Below, piece after piece: positions 1-9,359 of a stretch of DNA of 64,000 nucleotides. Location: contig JAHFJM010000004.1 in the NCBI GenBank assembly GCA_023245935.1, positions 13,924 through 77,923 on the forward strand, read 5' to 3'. The position numbers and the translations under genes are program-made. Every line of letters starts with the position of its first letter. Within the stretch, counting starts at the first letter, position 1. The notes beneath the pieces are model-generated. The model saw only the letters and a list, made by a program, of their open reading frames with translations. It ran no database searches and was not told the origin of the DNA. This DNA comes from Candidatus Peribacteria bacterium (lineage in GTDB: Bacteria; Patescibacteriota; Gracilibacteria; Peribacterales; Peribacteraceae).

Positions 1-2
1 CC

Positions 3-30
3 TTGAAGACTGCCGTGAAATCCGTATAAT
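3..30 (+). promoter_or_regulatory. Putative sigma70-type promoter of rpmA (TTGAAG-N16-TATAAT)
   Basis: TTGAAG lies at 3-8 and TATAAT at 25-30, and only 9 nt separate the -10 from the ATG at 40. The window edge truncates the upstream context. Confidence 0.3.
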
Positions 31-39
31 TCTTGAGTT

Positions 40-318
40 ATGGCAACAAAAAAGGCCGGTGGGTCTACAGAGAACGGCAGAGATAGTCGGTCAAAGCGCC
101 GAGGGATTAAGCGTTCCGGCGGACAGCTCGTGAATGCGGGAGAGATCCTCGCACGCCAGAAGGGATCGTGGTACCGCACGGGACCGAACACCTACGTCGG
201 GAGCGACTGGACGATTCATGCTGCGATTGCCGGACGAGTTGCGTTCAAGAAGTGCAAGCGTGAGAAATTCAACGGCAATAAAGAGATGTGCACGTTTGTG
301 AGTGTGGTGGCTGCGTAA
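40..318 (+). CDS. rpmA: 50S ribosomal protein L27
   Basis: This is a 92-aa basic ORF with a KKAGGST..GRDS..KRRG N-terminus and a GEILARQKG..Y..G.N...G.D.T..A core typical of bL27. ATG is at 40 and TAA at 316-318. Confidence 0.9.
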   Translation: MATKKAGGSTENGRDSRSKRRGIKRSGGQLVNAGEILARQKGSWYRTGPNTYVGSDWTIHAAIAGRVAFKKCKREKFNGNKEMCTFVSVVAA

Positions 319-328
319 CGGATTTCTG

Positions 329-405
329 TGGTGGGCGAGGGTGGAGTTGAACCACCGACCGCAGGTTTATAAGTCCTGAGCTCTAACCAACTGAGCTACT
401 CGCCC
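329..405 (-). tRNA. tRNA-Ile, anticodon UAU (CCA encoded)
   Basis: The reverse complement is GGGCGAGTAGCTCAGTTGGTTAGAGCTCAGGACTTATAAACCTGCGGTCGGTGGTTCAACTCCACCCTCGCCCACCA and folds into a cloverleaf by hand. The 7-nt anticodon loop is CT-TAT-AA. The 3' half resembles bacterial tRNA-Ile. There is an A31/A39 mismatch. Confidence 0.8.
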
Positions 406-500
406 ATGATCAAGACAATACTCTTCTTCGATATTCTGCTGAAGTGAAGTTCTATCGTGAGCATCTTGACTCGCAGTCCGCCATCGTCGACCATACGGGC

Positions 501-941
501 ATGTCTCTTCAAAACACTTTCACGATCATCGGCTCTGTCCTACTTCTCGCAAGTTGTTCCGCATCAGCACCAACGGCGGTGGATTCAGGAACGAGTTCTT
601 CATCGGATGTCTCTTCCTCCCCTGCTGCCGAAGCGACAATCCTCTCCCCTGCTCCGGATTCTGTTGTGACGAGCCCTCTCGTTGTCACCGGTCGAGCGGA
701 CAACAGCTGGTTCTTCGAGGGGTCATTGCCTGTGAAGGTGGTCGATGCCGATGGGAACGTCCTCGCAGCCGAGCCCGGTCAGGCGAAGACCGACTGGATG
801 ACGCCTGGGATCATCGAGTTTGAAGCGCACCTTGAGTTTACGACGACGGCGAGAACGGGTTTCATTGTTGTTGCAAAAGACAATCCTTCTGGAGATCCGG
901 AGCGGGATGCAGAAATTAAAATTCCGGTGAAGTTTGAGTAG
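501..941 (+). CDS. Lipoprotein with Gmad2-like immunoglobulin-like domain
   Basis: The signal peptide ends in the lipobox LLASC, followed by a Ser-rich linker. The pattern WFFEGSLPVKVVDADGNVL...AKDNPSGDPE matches the Gmad2 domain. The start was moved to the ATG at 501 (the ORF track begins at a GTG at 444). Confidence 0.6.
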   Translation: MSLQNTFTIIGSVLLLASCSASAPTAVDSGTSSSSDVSSSPAAEATILSPAPDSVVTSPLVVTGRADNSWFFEGSLPVKVVDADGNVLAAEPGQAKTDWMTPGIIEFEAHLEFTTTARTGFIVVAKDNPSGDPERDAEIKIPVKFE

Positions 942-946
942 TCGCA

Positions 947-968
947 GCGGAAGATCCCTATCTTCCGC
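947..968. terminator. Hairpin between convergent genes (GCGGAAGAT-CCCT-ATCTTCCGC)
   Basis: A perfect 9-bp stem with a 4-nt loop lies in the 36-nt gap between the stops at 941 (+) and 978 (-). There is no clear U-tract. Confidence 0.4.
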
Positions 969-977
969 GGTTCGCGA

Positions 978-2333
978 TTAAGAATCGCTACGACGGGTGA
1001 GAAATGCCCTCGCCTCCGCCTTCGTCGTCACTTCTTTTCGCATCTGTGCATCGTGCAGTGCCTGCAGTGCTTTCCCGACTTTTTCTCCGGATCCTATACC
1101 AAGAATCTGCATCACCTCCTCACCCTTCAGCAGGGGTTTTTCCGGTCTCGGATGCGCATTCAGGAACTCGTCGTAATCCTTGATGATCGAATCGTAGAGC
1201 TCGAAATCCGCAGGATCCGTGCCTGCGATATCGAGTGACATCACCTGCAGAAGCTCACGGAACCAGGGATGGAAGTACCAGTGTGCCTTGCGTTCGTCGC
1301 TCAAGGTTTTGAACGCACCCATCATCATGTGATGTTCAATGAGCCAGCAGATTTTCTGCGAGCGTGCGCTCGGCATCTGCAGTTTATGAAGAATGCTCTT
1401 CGCCGTCTCTGCCGATACCTTGGCGTGTTTGTCGAAATGTATACGATCCGTCAGCGAAAATGTTTTCGGTTTACCGATGTCATGAAACAGGGCTGCGATT
1501 CTCACATCGAAACCGTGATCGTCAGTGAACGCATCGATGCACTGAAGCAGATGATTCCACACGTCGCCCTCATGATGATACTGCTGTGGCTGTGCAATGC
1601 CCTTGCATGCTTCCAGTTCCGGAAGAATCTCCTGAAGTACTCCGAGCTCCAGAAGATCAGTCAGGGCTTTCGATGGCTTCTTCAGTTGCAAGATTTTCTC
1701 GAGTTCTTCGAGAATTCTCGTACCGGATAACTTTCCTGCAAGCGCTACGTTTTCTTTGAGAGCACTGTATGTTTCAGGATGATACTGTCCGTCAATAAGC
1801 GCTCGCAGCCTCACCAAACGAAAAATGCGAAGTGCGTCTTCTTTGATTCTGACATTCGGCTCCCCGATGAAACGCACAAGTTTTTCCTTGAGATCCGCCT
1901 CGCCGCCGCAGGGATCAAACAGCTCTCTCGAGACCGGATTCCAGTACATGGCATTGATCGTCGCATCGCGCCTGAGAGCGTCTTCTTCGCGAGTTCCGAA
2001 GCGGACGGATTCGGGTCTCCTGCCATCGGAAATTTCGTGATCGGATCTGAATGTTGTCAGCTCGAACGTCTGTCCTTTCAGAGAAACAACCACACTCCCG
2101 AGTTCTGCGGCTGAGCTGTCGCATTTTGGAAACAGTTTCATTACTTCCTCAGGCTTTGCAGAGACCGCCATATCGATATCCGCAGGAGACTGACCGACGA
2201 ACATATCGCGAACGGCACCTCCGACCCAGAAGCATTCGTACCCTGCATCAATCATGGTTTCTGTTACTGCGTACGCCGCTTCGCCTTGTTTTGTAGCGAG
2301 AGTGCGGTCGATGATTTCTCTGGAGAGTGGCAT
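978..2333 (-). CDS. cca: CCA-adding enzyme / poly(A) polymerase-family tRNA nucleotidyltransferase with HD domain
   Basis: The nucleotidyltransferase head motif is GGAVRDMFVG..DIDMAV and the HD motif is ALFHDIGKP. The start is set at MPLSREII (the reverse complement of ATG at 2331-2333), because the longer ORF runs into the divergent neighbour. Confidence 0.8.
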   Translation of the reverse strand: MPLSREIIDRTLATKQGEAAYAVTETMIDAGYECFWVGGAVRDMFVGQSPADIDMAVSAKPEEVMKLFPKCDSSAAELGSVVVSLKGQTFELTTFRSDHEISDGRRPESVRFGTREEDALRRDATINAMYWNPVSRELFDPCGGEADLKEKLVRFIGEPNVRIKEDALRIFRLVRLRALIDGQYHPETYSALKENVALAGKLSGTRILEELEKILQLKKPSKALTDLLELGVLQEILPELEACKGIAQPQQYHHEGDVWNHLLQCIDAFTDDHGFDVRIAALFHDIGKPKTFSLTDRIHFDKHAKVSAETAKSILHKLQMPSARSQKICWLIEHHMMMGAFKTLSDERKAHWYFHPWFRELLQVMSLDIAGTDPADFELYDSIIKDYDEFLNAHPRPEKPLLKGEEVMQILGIGSGEKVGKALQALHDAQMRKEVTTKAEARAFLTRRSDS

Positions 2334-2354
2334 CGGATAGGTTATGATCGTAGC

Positions 2355-3179
2355 ATGCTTCACTTCGCAGTCGCCGGTGTTCCTCACTCTACTCCAAAGC
2401 CTGGAGGAACGGTCGAAGGTTTGAAGCATGCGCACTCGCTCGGGATCACCGCGATGGAGCTCGAATGGGTGCAGCAGGTACCGAAGAATCCTGAGCGAAT
2501 GCTGGAGATCCGGAAAACTGCAGAGTCACTCGGGATGTATCTGACGTGTCACGCGCCGTATTACATCAATCTGAATTCGCCTGATCGTGAGACGCTCGCA
2601 GCAAGCAAGAGACGCATACTTCTTGCACTGGAAATGGGCGAGATCGCAGGGCTGCATTCCGTCTGCGTTCATCCTGCGTTCTACCTTGGGATGGATCCGA
2701 AAGTTGCATTCGAGAACGTGAGACGCGCAGTGAATGACATCATGAAGAACAAGCAGAAGCTTTTTCCAAATGTGAATCTGGGACTCGAAACGATGGGCAA
2801 GCCGACGCAGTTCGGAACACTGGAAGAAGTCCTGAAAATCAGTAAAGAGTTCGGTATCTACCCGACAGTAGACCCCGCGCACATGCATGCGAGAACGAAC
2901 GGACTGGTCAATTCGACGGAAGAGTGGGAAGAGATGCTGGACCTATACGAAGCGCACCTTGGGAAAGGTGCACTGAAATCCATGCACATGCACTTCTCCG
3001 GAATCGCGTATGGTCCGAAGGGCGAGAAACATCACCTGCCGCTGCTTGAGAGCGATGCGAAGTGGAAAGATTTCCTGAGGGTATTGAAGAGGAGAAAGAT
3101 TGCCGGAGTGGTCGTGTGTGAGTCACCGCTTCTGGAAGCGGATACGGTGAGGATGCAACAAACATACGAAAAGATGTAA
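2355..3179 (+). CDS. Endonuclease IV-like / AP endonuclease family 2 TIM-barrel protein
   Basis: The pattern MLHFAVAGVP..GITAMELEWVQ, HAPYYINLNS, VHPAFY and HMHFSG resembles archaeal-type endonuclease IV / xylose-isomerase-like barrels. ATG is at 2355. Confidence 0.6.
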   Translation: MLHFAVAGVPHSTPKPGGTVEGLKHAHSLGITAMELEWVQQVPKNPERMLEIRKTAESLGMYLTCHAPYYINLNSPDRETLAASKRRILLALEMGEIAGLHSVCVHPAFYLGMDPKVAFENVRRAVNDIMKNKQKLFPNVNLGLETMGKPTQFGTLEEVLKISKEFGIYPTVDPAHMHARTNGLVNSTEEWEEMLDLYEAHLGKGALKSMHMHFSGIAYGPKGEKHHLPLLESDAKWKDFLRVLKRRKIAGVVVCESPLLEADTVRMQQTYEKM

Positions 3180-3215
3180 GATAGAAGACGTACTTATATC
3201 TTCCGTCTCATCCCC

Positions 3216-4220
3216 ATGAACATCGCCATCAACGGTTTCGGTCGTATCGGTCGTCAGGTACTCAGGATTATTCTTGAAAAACATCCGGATCTGAACGTTG
3301 TTCTCATCAACGATCTTACGGAGCCTTCTACCCTTGCACACCTCTTTCAGTTCGATTCGACGTACGGGGTTTTCCGTGAGAACGTCGCATTGAAAGGCGA
3401 CATGCTCATCACCGCTCATGGCAAAGCGAAGCTGACCGCAATCAAGGATCCGTCGCTGCTGCCGCATAAGGAACTGAAGGTCGATGTCGTTCTCGAGTGT
3501 ACGGGTTTCTTCACGAAGCGTGATGATGCGGCACTGCATCTGAAAGCCGGTGCGAAGAAAGTGATCATCTCTGCTCCCTGCAAAGACAAAGCGGACGGGA
3601 CGTTCTGCATCGGAGTGAATCACGAGACCTACAACGCGAAAACGATGGACGTGATCAGCAATGCTTCCTGCACGACGAACTGTCTCGCACCGATGGCAAA
3701 AGTCCTCGACGATACGTTCGGCATCGAACACGGACTCATGAATACGATTCACAGCTACACGAACGATCAGAATCTGCTCGATCTGCCTCACAAAGATCTG
3801 CGTCGAGCACGCGCAGCTGCAGTGAACCTCGTCCCATCGAGCACGGGGGCAGCAAAGGCGATCGGTGAAGTGATTCCCGCACTGAACGGCAAACTGCACG
3901 GTATTTCGATTCGCGTGCCGACACCGACCGGAAGCATCACGGATCTCACGGTCGTGACGAAGAAAGCGACGACGGTGGAACAAGTGAACGCAGCGTTCAA
4001 GAAAGCCGAAGCAGGAGCGATGAGGGGAATTCTGGGCGTGGAAGATCGTCCGCTCGTCCTCAAAGACTTCGTCGGTGATCCGCGAAGTTGCATTATCGAT
4101 TCCGCGCTCACGCAGGTCATCGGCGGAACGCTCGTCAAAGCATTCGGTTGGTACGACAACGAATGGGGATACTCTAATCGTCTTGCGGAGCTTGCTGCGT
4201 TTGTGGGAGGGAAGCTGTAG
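3216..4220 (+). CDS. gap: Glyceraldehyde-3-phosphate dehydrogenase
   Basis: The N-terminus is INGFGRIGR, the active site is SNASCTTNCLAP, and the C-terminal motif is WYDNEWGYSNR. Confidence 0.95.
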   Translation: MNIAINGFGRIGRQVLRIILEKHPDLNVVLINDLTEPSTLAHLFQFDSTYGVFRENVALKGDMLITAHGKAKLTAIKDPSLLPHKELKVDVVLECTGFFTKRDDAALHLKAGAKKVIISAPCKDKADGTFCIGVNHETYNAKTMDVISNASCTTNCLAPMAKVLDDTFGIEHGLMNTIHSYTNDQNLLDLPHKDLRRARAAAVNLVPSSTGAAKAIGEVIPALNGKLHGISIRVPTPTGSITDLTVVTKKATTVEQVNAAFKKAEAGAMRGILGVEDRPLVLKDFVGDPRSCIIDSALTQVIGGTLVKAFGWYDNEWGYSNRLAELAAFVGGKL

Positions 4221-5397
4221 GAGTTTCCCACTTCCTCTCGTAGTTCTGGTCGCCGAGGAGTTGGATCTGACTCATGAGTCGCTGGAGAGGTAGTTGCAGT
4301 TCTTGCATAACTTGTGCGATCGCTCCTTGCCTAGAATCAGAATGATCGCCACCGTCCGTTGAAGAATGTTTTTGAGAGAATTTTTCCCATACATCCAATT
4401 CATTCAATTCCTGCATGCGACGCTGCACGAGCTGTATCACATGTGCTGAAGCAGGAACCTGTTTCTTGATCGCTTCCTTCATCATGATATACATCTCACT
4501 CTCTTGGTTACTCATCTGACGAAGCGCCGATTGCATTGCGTCATCCGTGCAGAGCTCGAGATGCTCATTTCGATCATCTTGAAATAAGCTTTTCTTGAGA
4601 GACGATCTTCCAATGGAATCGATCCAATAATCATCCCAATCGCGGTCATGTACTGCTGGTGACATTATGCTTTGACGTCTTATTTCCTTTCGTACAAGAG
4701 CTGTGATGTTTGGTTTCTCCAACTCGTATATTTCTTCAAAAATGCATTCCTGAACACGATACGTGACAGAGTCCATCACATACGATGCTTTTGCAGTTTC
4801 AAGTAACCATTTCTGATAAGAAAAATCAGACCCCCTTCTTCCTTGCAGCTTCCTAAATGCAGAAAGTACACGATCTTCTTCATCTGGATTAGCTCCCCTT
4901 AATGCAGCGGCAAAAAGCTCGTCATGTATAGATACATCGTCAGGCTGATCAAAACATTTGGATAAATAGTACAGAGGATTTTCTTTGACAATCCTCACTG
5001 ACATCAGCGTGAGATAACTCTCAAGTGGTATTGGAGCTTTCTTTTCGGGACAAAAACCGAACCATCCACGAAATGTTTCACGGGCCTTTGATGTTTTGAA
5101 ATATGGCAACGATCGAGCAAGTATTGCCTCGTTTCCTTTTTCTGATAAGCCGAGGCACTGGCTGAGTGAAGCAATGACAGATTCTGAGATTACCCCCTTT
5201 TTTGAATCGACAGGAAATTGAGGAACAAGGGAAAGCCCCATTCTTCCGAGGAAATCACGTCGATTCATATCCGTCCTGAACGGCAGCTCCGTCGATTCCT
5301 GTGCAGCATGATCCGGTCGATGCTCCATAATTCTATGATACGCCGTTCGCAACGATTGCCATCTCGCAAGTAACTGTCTTGAATATATTTTTGTCAA
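4174..5397 (-). CDS. Hypothetical protein (ORFan, AT-richer; possible internal start at 5268 exposing an RRDFLG motif)
   Basis: This 407-aa ORF has no motif I recognise. Its 3' end overlaps the gap 3' end by 47 nt. M44 is followed by NRRDFLGRMGL. Confidence 0.45.
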   Translation of the reverse strand: MTKIYSRQLLARWQSLRTAYHRIMEHRPDHAAQESTELPFRTDMNRRDFLGRMGLSLVPQFPVDSKKGVISESVIASLSQCLGLSEKGNEAILARSLPYFKTSKARETFRGWFGFCPEKKAPIPLESYLTLMSVRIVKENPLYYLSKCFDQPDDVSIHDELFAAALRGANPDEEDRVLSAFRKLQGRRGSDFSYQKWLLETAKASYVMDSVTYRVQECIFEEIYELEKPNITALVRKEIRRQSIMSPAVHDRDWDDYWIDSIGRSSLKKSLFQDDRNEHLELCTDDAMQSALRQMSNQESEMYIMMKEAIKKQVPASAHVIQLVQRRMQELNELDVWEKFSQKHSSTDGGDHSDSRQGAIAQVMQELQLPLQRLMSQIQLLGDQNYERKWETPTASLPQTQQAPQDD

Positions 5398-5504
5398 TGA
5401 AACATGAAGACTATCTGTTCATTTTCTCGACAACTCGCAACTCTTTCAAATGCTCTGAAAATAGCTTTCATTGGCACTCTCCTTGGCTTGTGTTCATGAA
5501 AAAG

Positions 5505-5810
5505 TCAGCCTAGGAGGCTTGATTCGGAAACCGCATTCCGATACAAGTCGCCGATCAAAGTATGAGCGGCTTGACCCCAAACAACGGCAACAATCATGAG
5601 TGCCACGACATGCCCAAAAATCATGTGGCTGTCACTATTCACAGCTCCAGTGACCTGATCGTCATTGAGGGAAGAACTGTGTTCATCAGCGAACAGGTGA
5701 GGTTCATCCTCAGGAGAGGCTTGATCAATGGAGTTCCCATCAAAACTCCCGTCACCGTGCACGGAACCAATGCAGGCTACGTCGGACACAGCCAGCGGCA
5801 AACGTTTCAC
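5505..5810 (-). CDS. Hypothetical small protein with one predicted TM segment
   Basis: This 101-aa ORF lies downstream of dnaK on the same strand and has a hydrophobic stretch MIFGHVVALMIVAVVW. A competing plus-strand ORF lies at 5562-5849. Confidence 0.25.
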   Translation of the reverse strand: MKRLPLAVSDVACIGSVHGDGSFDGNSIDQASPEDEPHLFADEHSSSLNDDQVTGAVNSDSHMIFGHVVALMIVAVVWGQAAHTLIGDLYRNAVSESSLLG

Positions 5811-5858
5811 CTGCTCGATGCGAGTGTGTTTCCACGCAGCGATGACTGATGATGATCT

Positions 5859-7760
5859 TCATTTCTTATTTTCATCATCCACTACTTTGGCATCGACGAC
5901 ATCGTCCTTGCCTTTCTTCTCCCCTGCCTTCGCTTCCTCCGCCTGCTTCTTCTGCGCTTCCTCGTAGACAATCTTGCCGATTTCCTGTGCGTCGGTTGCA
6001 AGCGTTTCCGTTGCCTTCTTCACCTCTTCGAGTGTTGCACCTTCTTTCTTGAGCACCTCACGAAGCTCGTTCATCTTGTCATTCACTTTCTTCTTCGTCG
6101 CATCAGGGATCTTCGCATCGTTCTCACGCATCTGCTTCTCGAGGTTGAAGATCAAACTGTCGGCGGCATTGCGCGCGTCGATCAACTCTCGCTTCTTCTT
6201 GTCCGCTTCGGCGTTCACTTCCGCATCTTTCTTCATGCGTTCGACTTCGTCTTTGCTTAAGCCCGTTGAGCCTTGAATCGTGATGTGCTGCTCTTTTCCG
6301 GTTCCTTTGTCTTTGGCTTTCACATTCAGAATACCGTTCGTGTCGATATCGAACGTTACTTCGATCTGCGGCATGCCGCGAGGTGCGGTGAGAATGCCAT
6401 CCAGAATGAAGCGACCGAGCGATTTGTTGTCGGCTGCCATCTCGCGTTCACCCTGCACGATATTGATCTCGACCGATGTCTGATTATCCGCAGCCGTCGA
6501 GAAAACCTGGCTTCTGCTTGTGGGGATCTTCATGTTTCTCTCGATGACCTTCGTCGCGACTCCTCCGAGCGTTTCGATACCGACACTCAGTGGAATAACG
6601 TCGACGATGGTGATGTCGCGGTTGATGTCGCCTCCGATTTGCCCCGCCTGAATGGCGGCACCGATTGCGACGACTTCGTCCGGATTCACGCCCTTGTGCG
6701 GCTCCTTGCCGAAGAGTTCCTTCACTTTCGCTTGCACGGCAGGCATGCGTGTCATACCACCGACGAGCACCACTTCGCTGATCTCGGATTTCTTGAGCTT
6801 TGCATCTTTCAAGGCGGCTTCGCAAGGCTTCACCGTTCGTTCGATCAGTTCCGCGACGAGCGCTTCCAGTTTCGACCTCGACAGCTTGATATTCAGGTGC
6901 TTCGGACCCGTGGCATTCGCCGTAATGAACGGCAGGTTCACTTCGGTCTCAGTCTGCGATGACAGTTCGATCTTGGCTTTCTCGGCGGCTTCACGGATGC
7001 GCTGGAGCGCGATGCGATCGGTGCTGAGATCGATGATCTGATCCTTCTTGAATTCCGCGATGAGCCACTCGACGATCAGTTGGTCGAAGTCGTCGCCACC
7101 AAGATGCGTGTCACCGTTCGTGGACTGCACTTCGAAGTGACCATCGCCCGAGATCTCGAGCACTGTCACGTCGAATGTTCCTCCACCGAGGTCGTAGACG
7201 ATGATCTTCTCTTCTTTCTTCTTGTCCAAACCGTACGCGAGCGTTGCCGCTGTCGGCTCATTGATGATACGCACGACTTCAAGCCCTGCGATCTCTCCGG
7301 CTTCCTTCGTCGCCTGTCTCTGGTTATCGTCGAAGTACGCCGGCACGGTGATGACCGCTTTGCTCACGGTCTGCCCGAGGTATGCCTCCGCATCTTTCTT
7401 GAGCTTCATGAGTACTTTCGCGCTGATCTCTTGCGGGAACATGTCTTTTCCGTTGATCGAAATCACCGTTCGACCTTCCTTCCCGCCCTTCACCTCAAAC
7501 GGCATGTTCTTCGCATCCTTCTTCACTTCCTCAAAACGATGTCCGATGAATCGCTTCGCAGAAAACACGGTGTTCTTCGGATTCGTCACAGCCTGACGCT
7601 TCGCGGCGATACCGACGATCACCTCGTTATCCTTGAAGCCAACGATCGACGGTGTCGTATTCGCACCCTCACTGTTCGGGATCACGACCGGCTCTCCTCC
7701 TTCGATAACGGCGACGCAGGAGTTCGTGGTACCGAGGTCGATTCCAATGATTTTTGACAT
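5859..7760 (-). CDS. dnaK: Molecular chaperone DnaK (Hsp70)
   Basis: [27 protein letters not shown] and the full Hsp70 pattern are present. The start is set at the ATG whose reverse complement is at 7758-7760. The 91 upstream codons of the ORF track are not Hsp70-like. Confidence 0.97.
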   Translation of the reverse strand: MSKIIGIDLGTTNSCVAVIEGGEPVVIPNSEGANTTPSIVGFKDNEVIVGIAAKRQAVTNPKNTVFSAKRFIGHRFEEVKKDAKNMPFEVKGGKEGRTVISINGKDMFPQEISAKVLMKLKKDAEAYLGQTVSKAVITVPAYFDDNQRQATKEAGEIAGLEVVRIINEPTAATLAYGLDKKKEEKIIVYDLGGGTFDVTVLEISGDGHFEVQSTNGDTHLGGDDFDQLIVEWLIAEFKKDQIIDLSTDRIALQRIREAAEKAKIELSSQTETEVNLPFITANATGPKHLNIKLSRSKLEALVAELIERTVKPCEAALKDAKLKKSEISEVVLVGGMTRMPAVQAKVKELFGKEPHKGVNPDEVVAIGAAIQAGQIGGDINRDITIVDVIPLSVGIETLGGVATKVIERNMKIPTSRSQVFSTAADNQTSVEINIVQGEREMAADNKSLGRFILDGILTAPRGMPQIEVTFDIDTNGILNVKAKDKGTGKEQHITIQGSTGLSKDEVERMKKDAEVNAEADKKKRELIDARNAADSLIFNLEKQMRENDAKIPDATKKKVNDKMNELREVLKKEGATLEEVKKATETLATDAQEIGKIVYEEAQKKQAEEAKAGEKKGKDDVVDAKVVDDENKK

Positions 7761-7779
7761 GGTTGTAATGGGAAATGAA

Positions 7780-7806
7780 TTATCACTCGGGAGTGTAGAG
7801 TGATAA
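7780..7806. promoter_or_regulatory. CIRCE-like inverted repeat (TTATCACTC-N9-GAGTGATAA), putative HrcA operator
   Basis: A perfect 9-bp inverted repeat with a 9-nt spacer lies 20 nt upstream of the dnaK ATG. It differs from canonical CIRCE (TTAGCACTC-N9-GAGTGCTAA) by one symmetric substitution per half-site. Confidence 0.65.
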
Positions 7807-7820
7807 TCCTTCGTCGTCAA
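7792..7820 (-). promoter_or_regulatory. Putative dnaK promoter (TTGACG-N17-TACACT) overlapping the CIRCE-like element
   Basis: On the minus strand TTGACG is the reverse complement of 7815-7820, and 17 nt further on TACACT is the reverse complement of 7792-7797. The -10 lies inside the CIRCE spacer. Confidence 0.45.
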
Positions 7821-7881
7821 TAGGAATTTGCAGGATTTTTCTCTGCTGTGATTATGGCTGAAAATAGCGTAGAATGACGAT

Positions 7882-9183
7882 ATGTTTTTGGACGAAGCCA
7901 CGATCGACGTCACGGGCGGCAAGGGTGGAAACGGCTGCGTTGCATGGCGCAGGGAAAAGTATGTGCCAAACGGAGGTCCTGACGGTGGTGACGGAGGAGA
8001 CGGAGGGAATGTCATCATCGAAGCAAATTCCAATACGGATACCCTCAGCGACTACGCGAGCAAGAAACGCTTTGCCGCAGACCCGGGACTTCCTGGGCTC
8101 GGCAAAAATTGCGCGGGACATGCGGGGGAAGATCGAATTCTCTTTGTACCGCCGGGCACGATCATTCTCGATGTCACCGATCCCGCACAGCCGAAGCTCA
8201 TTGCGGACCTCATGCATCCGGGTGAGCGATGCATTGGATCGAGGGGAGGGCGCGGAGGATTCGGCAACACGCATTTTAAAACCTCGACGCGTCAGGCACC
8301 GGACTTTGCAGAACTCGGTGAACCGGGTGAGAAGCGCAGCGTCAAGATGGAGCTGAAACTGGTCGCTGATGTCGGCATCATCGGCTATCCGAGTGTCGGA
8401 AAATCGTCACTGATCGCCGCCGTCTCGAAGGCGAGACCCAAAATTGCCGAATATCACTTCACGACACTTGTGCCAAACCTCGGCGTCGTGCAGGCGTTTG
8501 ATCGCGAGTTCGTGTTGTGTGATGTGCCGGGGCTCATCGAAGGAGCATCGGAAGGCAAAGGGCTCGGCGATAAATTCCTGAAACACATCGAGCGTTGTGG
8601 CATTCTGATTCACCTTCTGGATGTCAGCCGAGACGATATCGTCGCCGATTACAAAGCGATCCGCAAAGAACTGAAGGCATACTCCCCTGCTCTCACGAAG
8701 AAACGAGAACTCGTGGTGCTGAATAAGATCGATCTCGTCGGAGGTGACGCCAAGCCATGGCTGGATGCGCTGAAGAAAGCGAAGATCAAAGTCTTCACGT
8801 CGATTTCTGCAGCCGCCCATAGCGGTACGGATGACCTTATGAAGAAGCTGCTGCCTGCAGTGCTTGAAGAACGTGAGAAGAGACTCGCAGAGCCTCTGGA
8901 AGAGGACGATGCATTCGAGAAAGTGTTGCCCGTTCTGCAGCCGCATCTTCTGAGCAGTAAAATGGGTGCGTACAGAATTAATCGCAGGGAAGGTGAGATT
9001 CATATTTCCGGCACGCGCCTCGAACAGTTCACCCATATGACGAACTTCAAGAATGCCGGTTCCCGTCAGCGCTTCCGCGATGTCGTCTCACGCATTGGCT
9101 TGCTGAAAGCGATCGAGCGAATCGTCGAGCCTGAAGACAAAATCTTCGTCGGACAGACGAGGGTGGAGGAGCACCTTCGATGA
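7882..9183 (+). CDS. obg: GTPase Obg/CgtA
   Basis: The Gly-rich Obg fold is [31 protein letters not shown], the G1 motif is GYPSVGKSS, and a C-terminal extension domain follows. Confidence 0.95.
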   Translation: MFLDEATIDVTGGKGGNGCVAWRREKYVPNGGPDGGDGGDGGNVIIEANSNTDTLSDYASKKRFAADPGLPGLGKNCAGHAGEDRILFVPPGTIILDVTDPAQPKLIADLMHPGERCIGSRGGRGGFGNTHFKTSTRQAPDFAELGEPGEKRSVKMELKLVADVGIIGYPSVGKSSLIAAVSKARPKIAEYHFTTLVPNLGVVQAFDREFVLCDVPGLIEGASEGKGLGDKFLKHIERCGILIHLLDVSRDDIVADYKAIRKELKAYSPALTKKRELVVLNKIDLVGGDAKPWLDALKKAKIKVFTSISAAAHSGTDDLMKKLLPAVLEEREKRLAEPLEEDDAFEKVLPVLQPHLLSSKMGAYRINRREGEIHISGTRLEQFTHMTNFKNAGSRQRFRDVVSRIGLLKAIERIVEPEDKIFVGQTRVEEHLR

Positions 9184-9235
9184 TCGTTAGGGGGGACTCG
9201 CCATGGCTTCTTTTTTTGCATACAATCATTTCATT

Positions 9236-9311
9236 GGGGCTGTAGCTCAGTTGATAGAGCGCGGCATTCGCATTGCCGAGGTCGAGGGTTTGATTCCCTT
9301 CAGCTCCACCA
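9236..9311 (+). tRNA. tRNA-Ala, anticodon CGC (CCA encoded)
   Basis: The sequence GGGGCTGTAGCTCAGTTGATAGAGCGCGGCATTCGCATTGCCGAGGTCGAGGGTTTGATTCCCTTCAGCTCCACCA carries the G3:U70 identity pair. The anticodon loop is TT-CGC-AT. Confidence 0.9.
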
Positions 9312-9317
9312 CAGTAA

Positions 9318-9345
9318 TTGACATATTAACAAATAAAAGTATAAT
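9318..9345 (+). promoter_or_regulatory. Consensus sigma70-type promoter (TTGACA-N16-TATAAT)
   Basis: TTGACA lies at 9318-9323 and TATAAT at 9340-9345. Only 14 nt separate the -10 from the ATG at 9360, with no SD motif between. Confidence 0.5.
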
Positions 9346-9359
9346 ATTTTTCAATTTCT

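Noticed and set aside
3123-3983. A 286-aa minus-strand ORF covering most of gap
   Set aside because: It is antisense to an unambiguous GAPDH gene and has an Arg/His/Cys-rich shadow-frame composition with no motifs.
7761-8033. A 91-codon N-terminal extension of the dnaK ORF in the track (start 8033)
   Set aside because: The extension is Pro/Ser-rich and not Hsp70-like. It would run through the CIRCE/promoter region and into the divergent obg gene. The canonical [10 protein letters not shown] start is at 7760.
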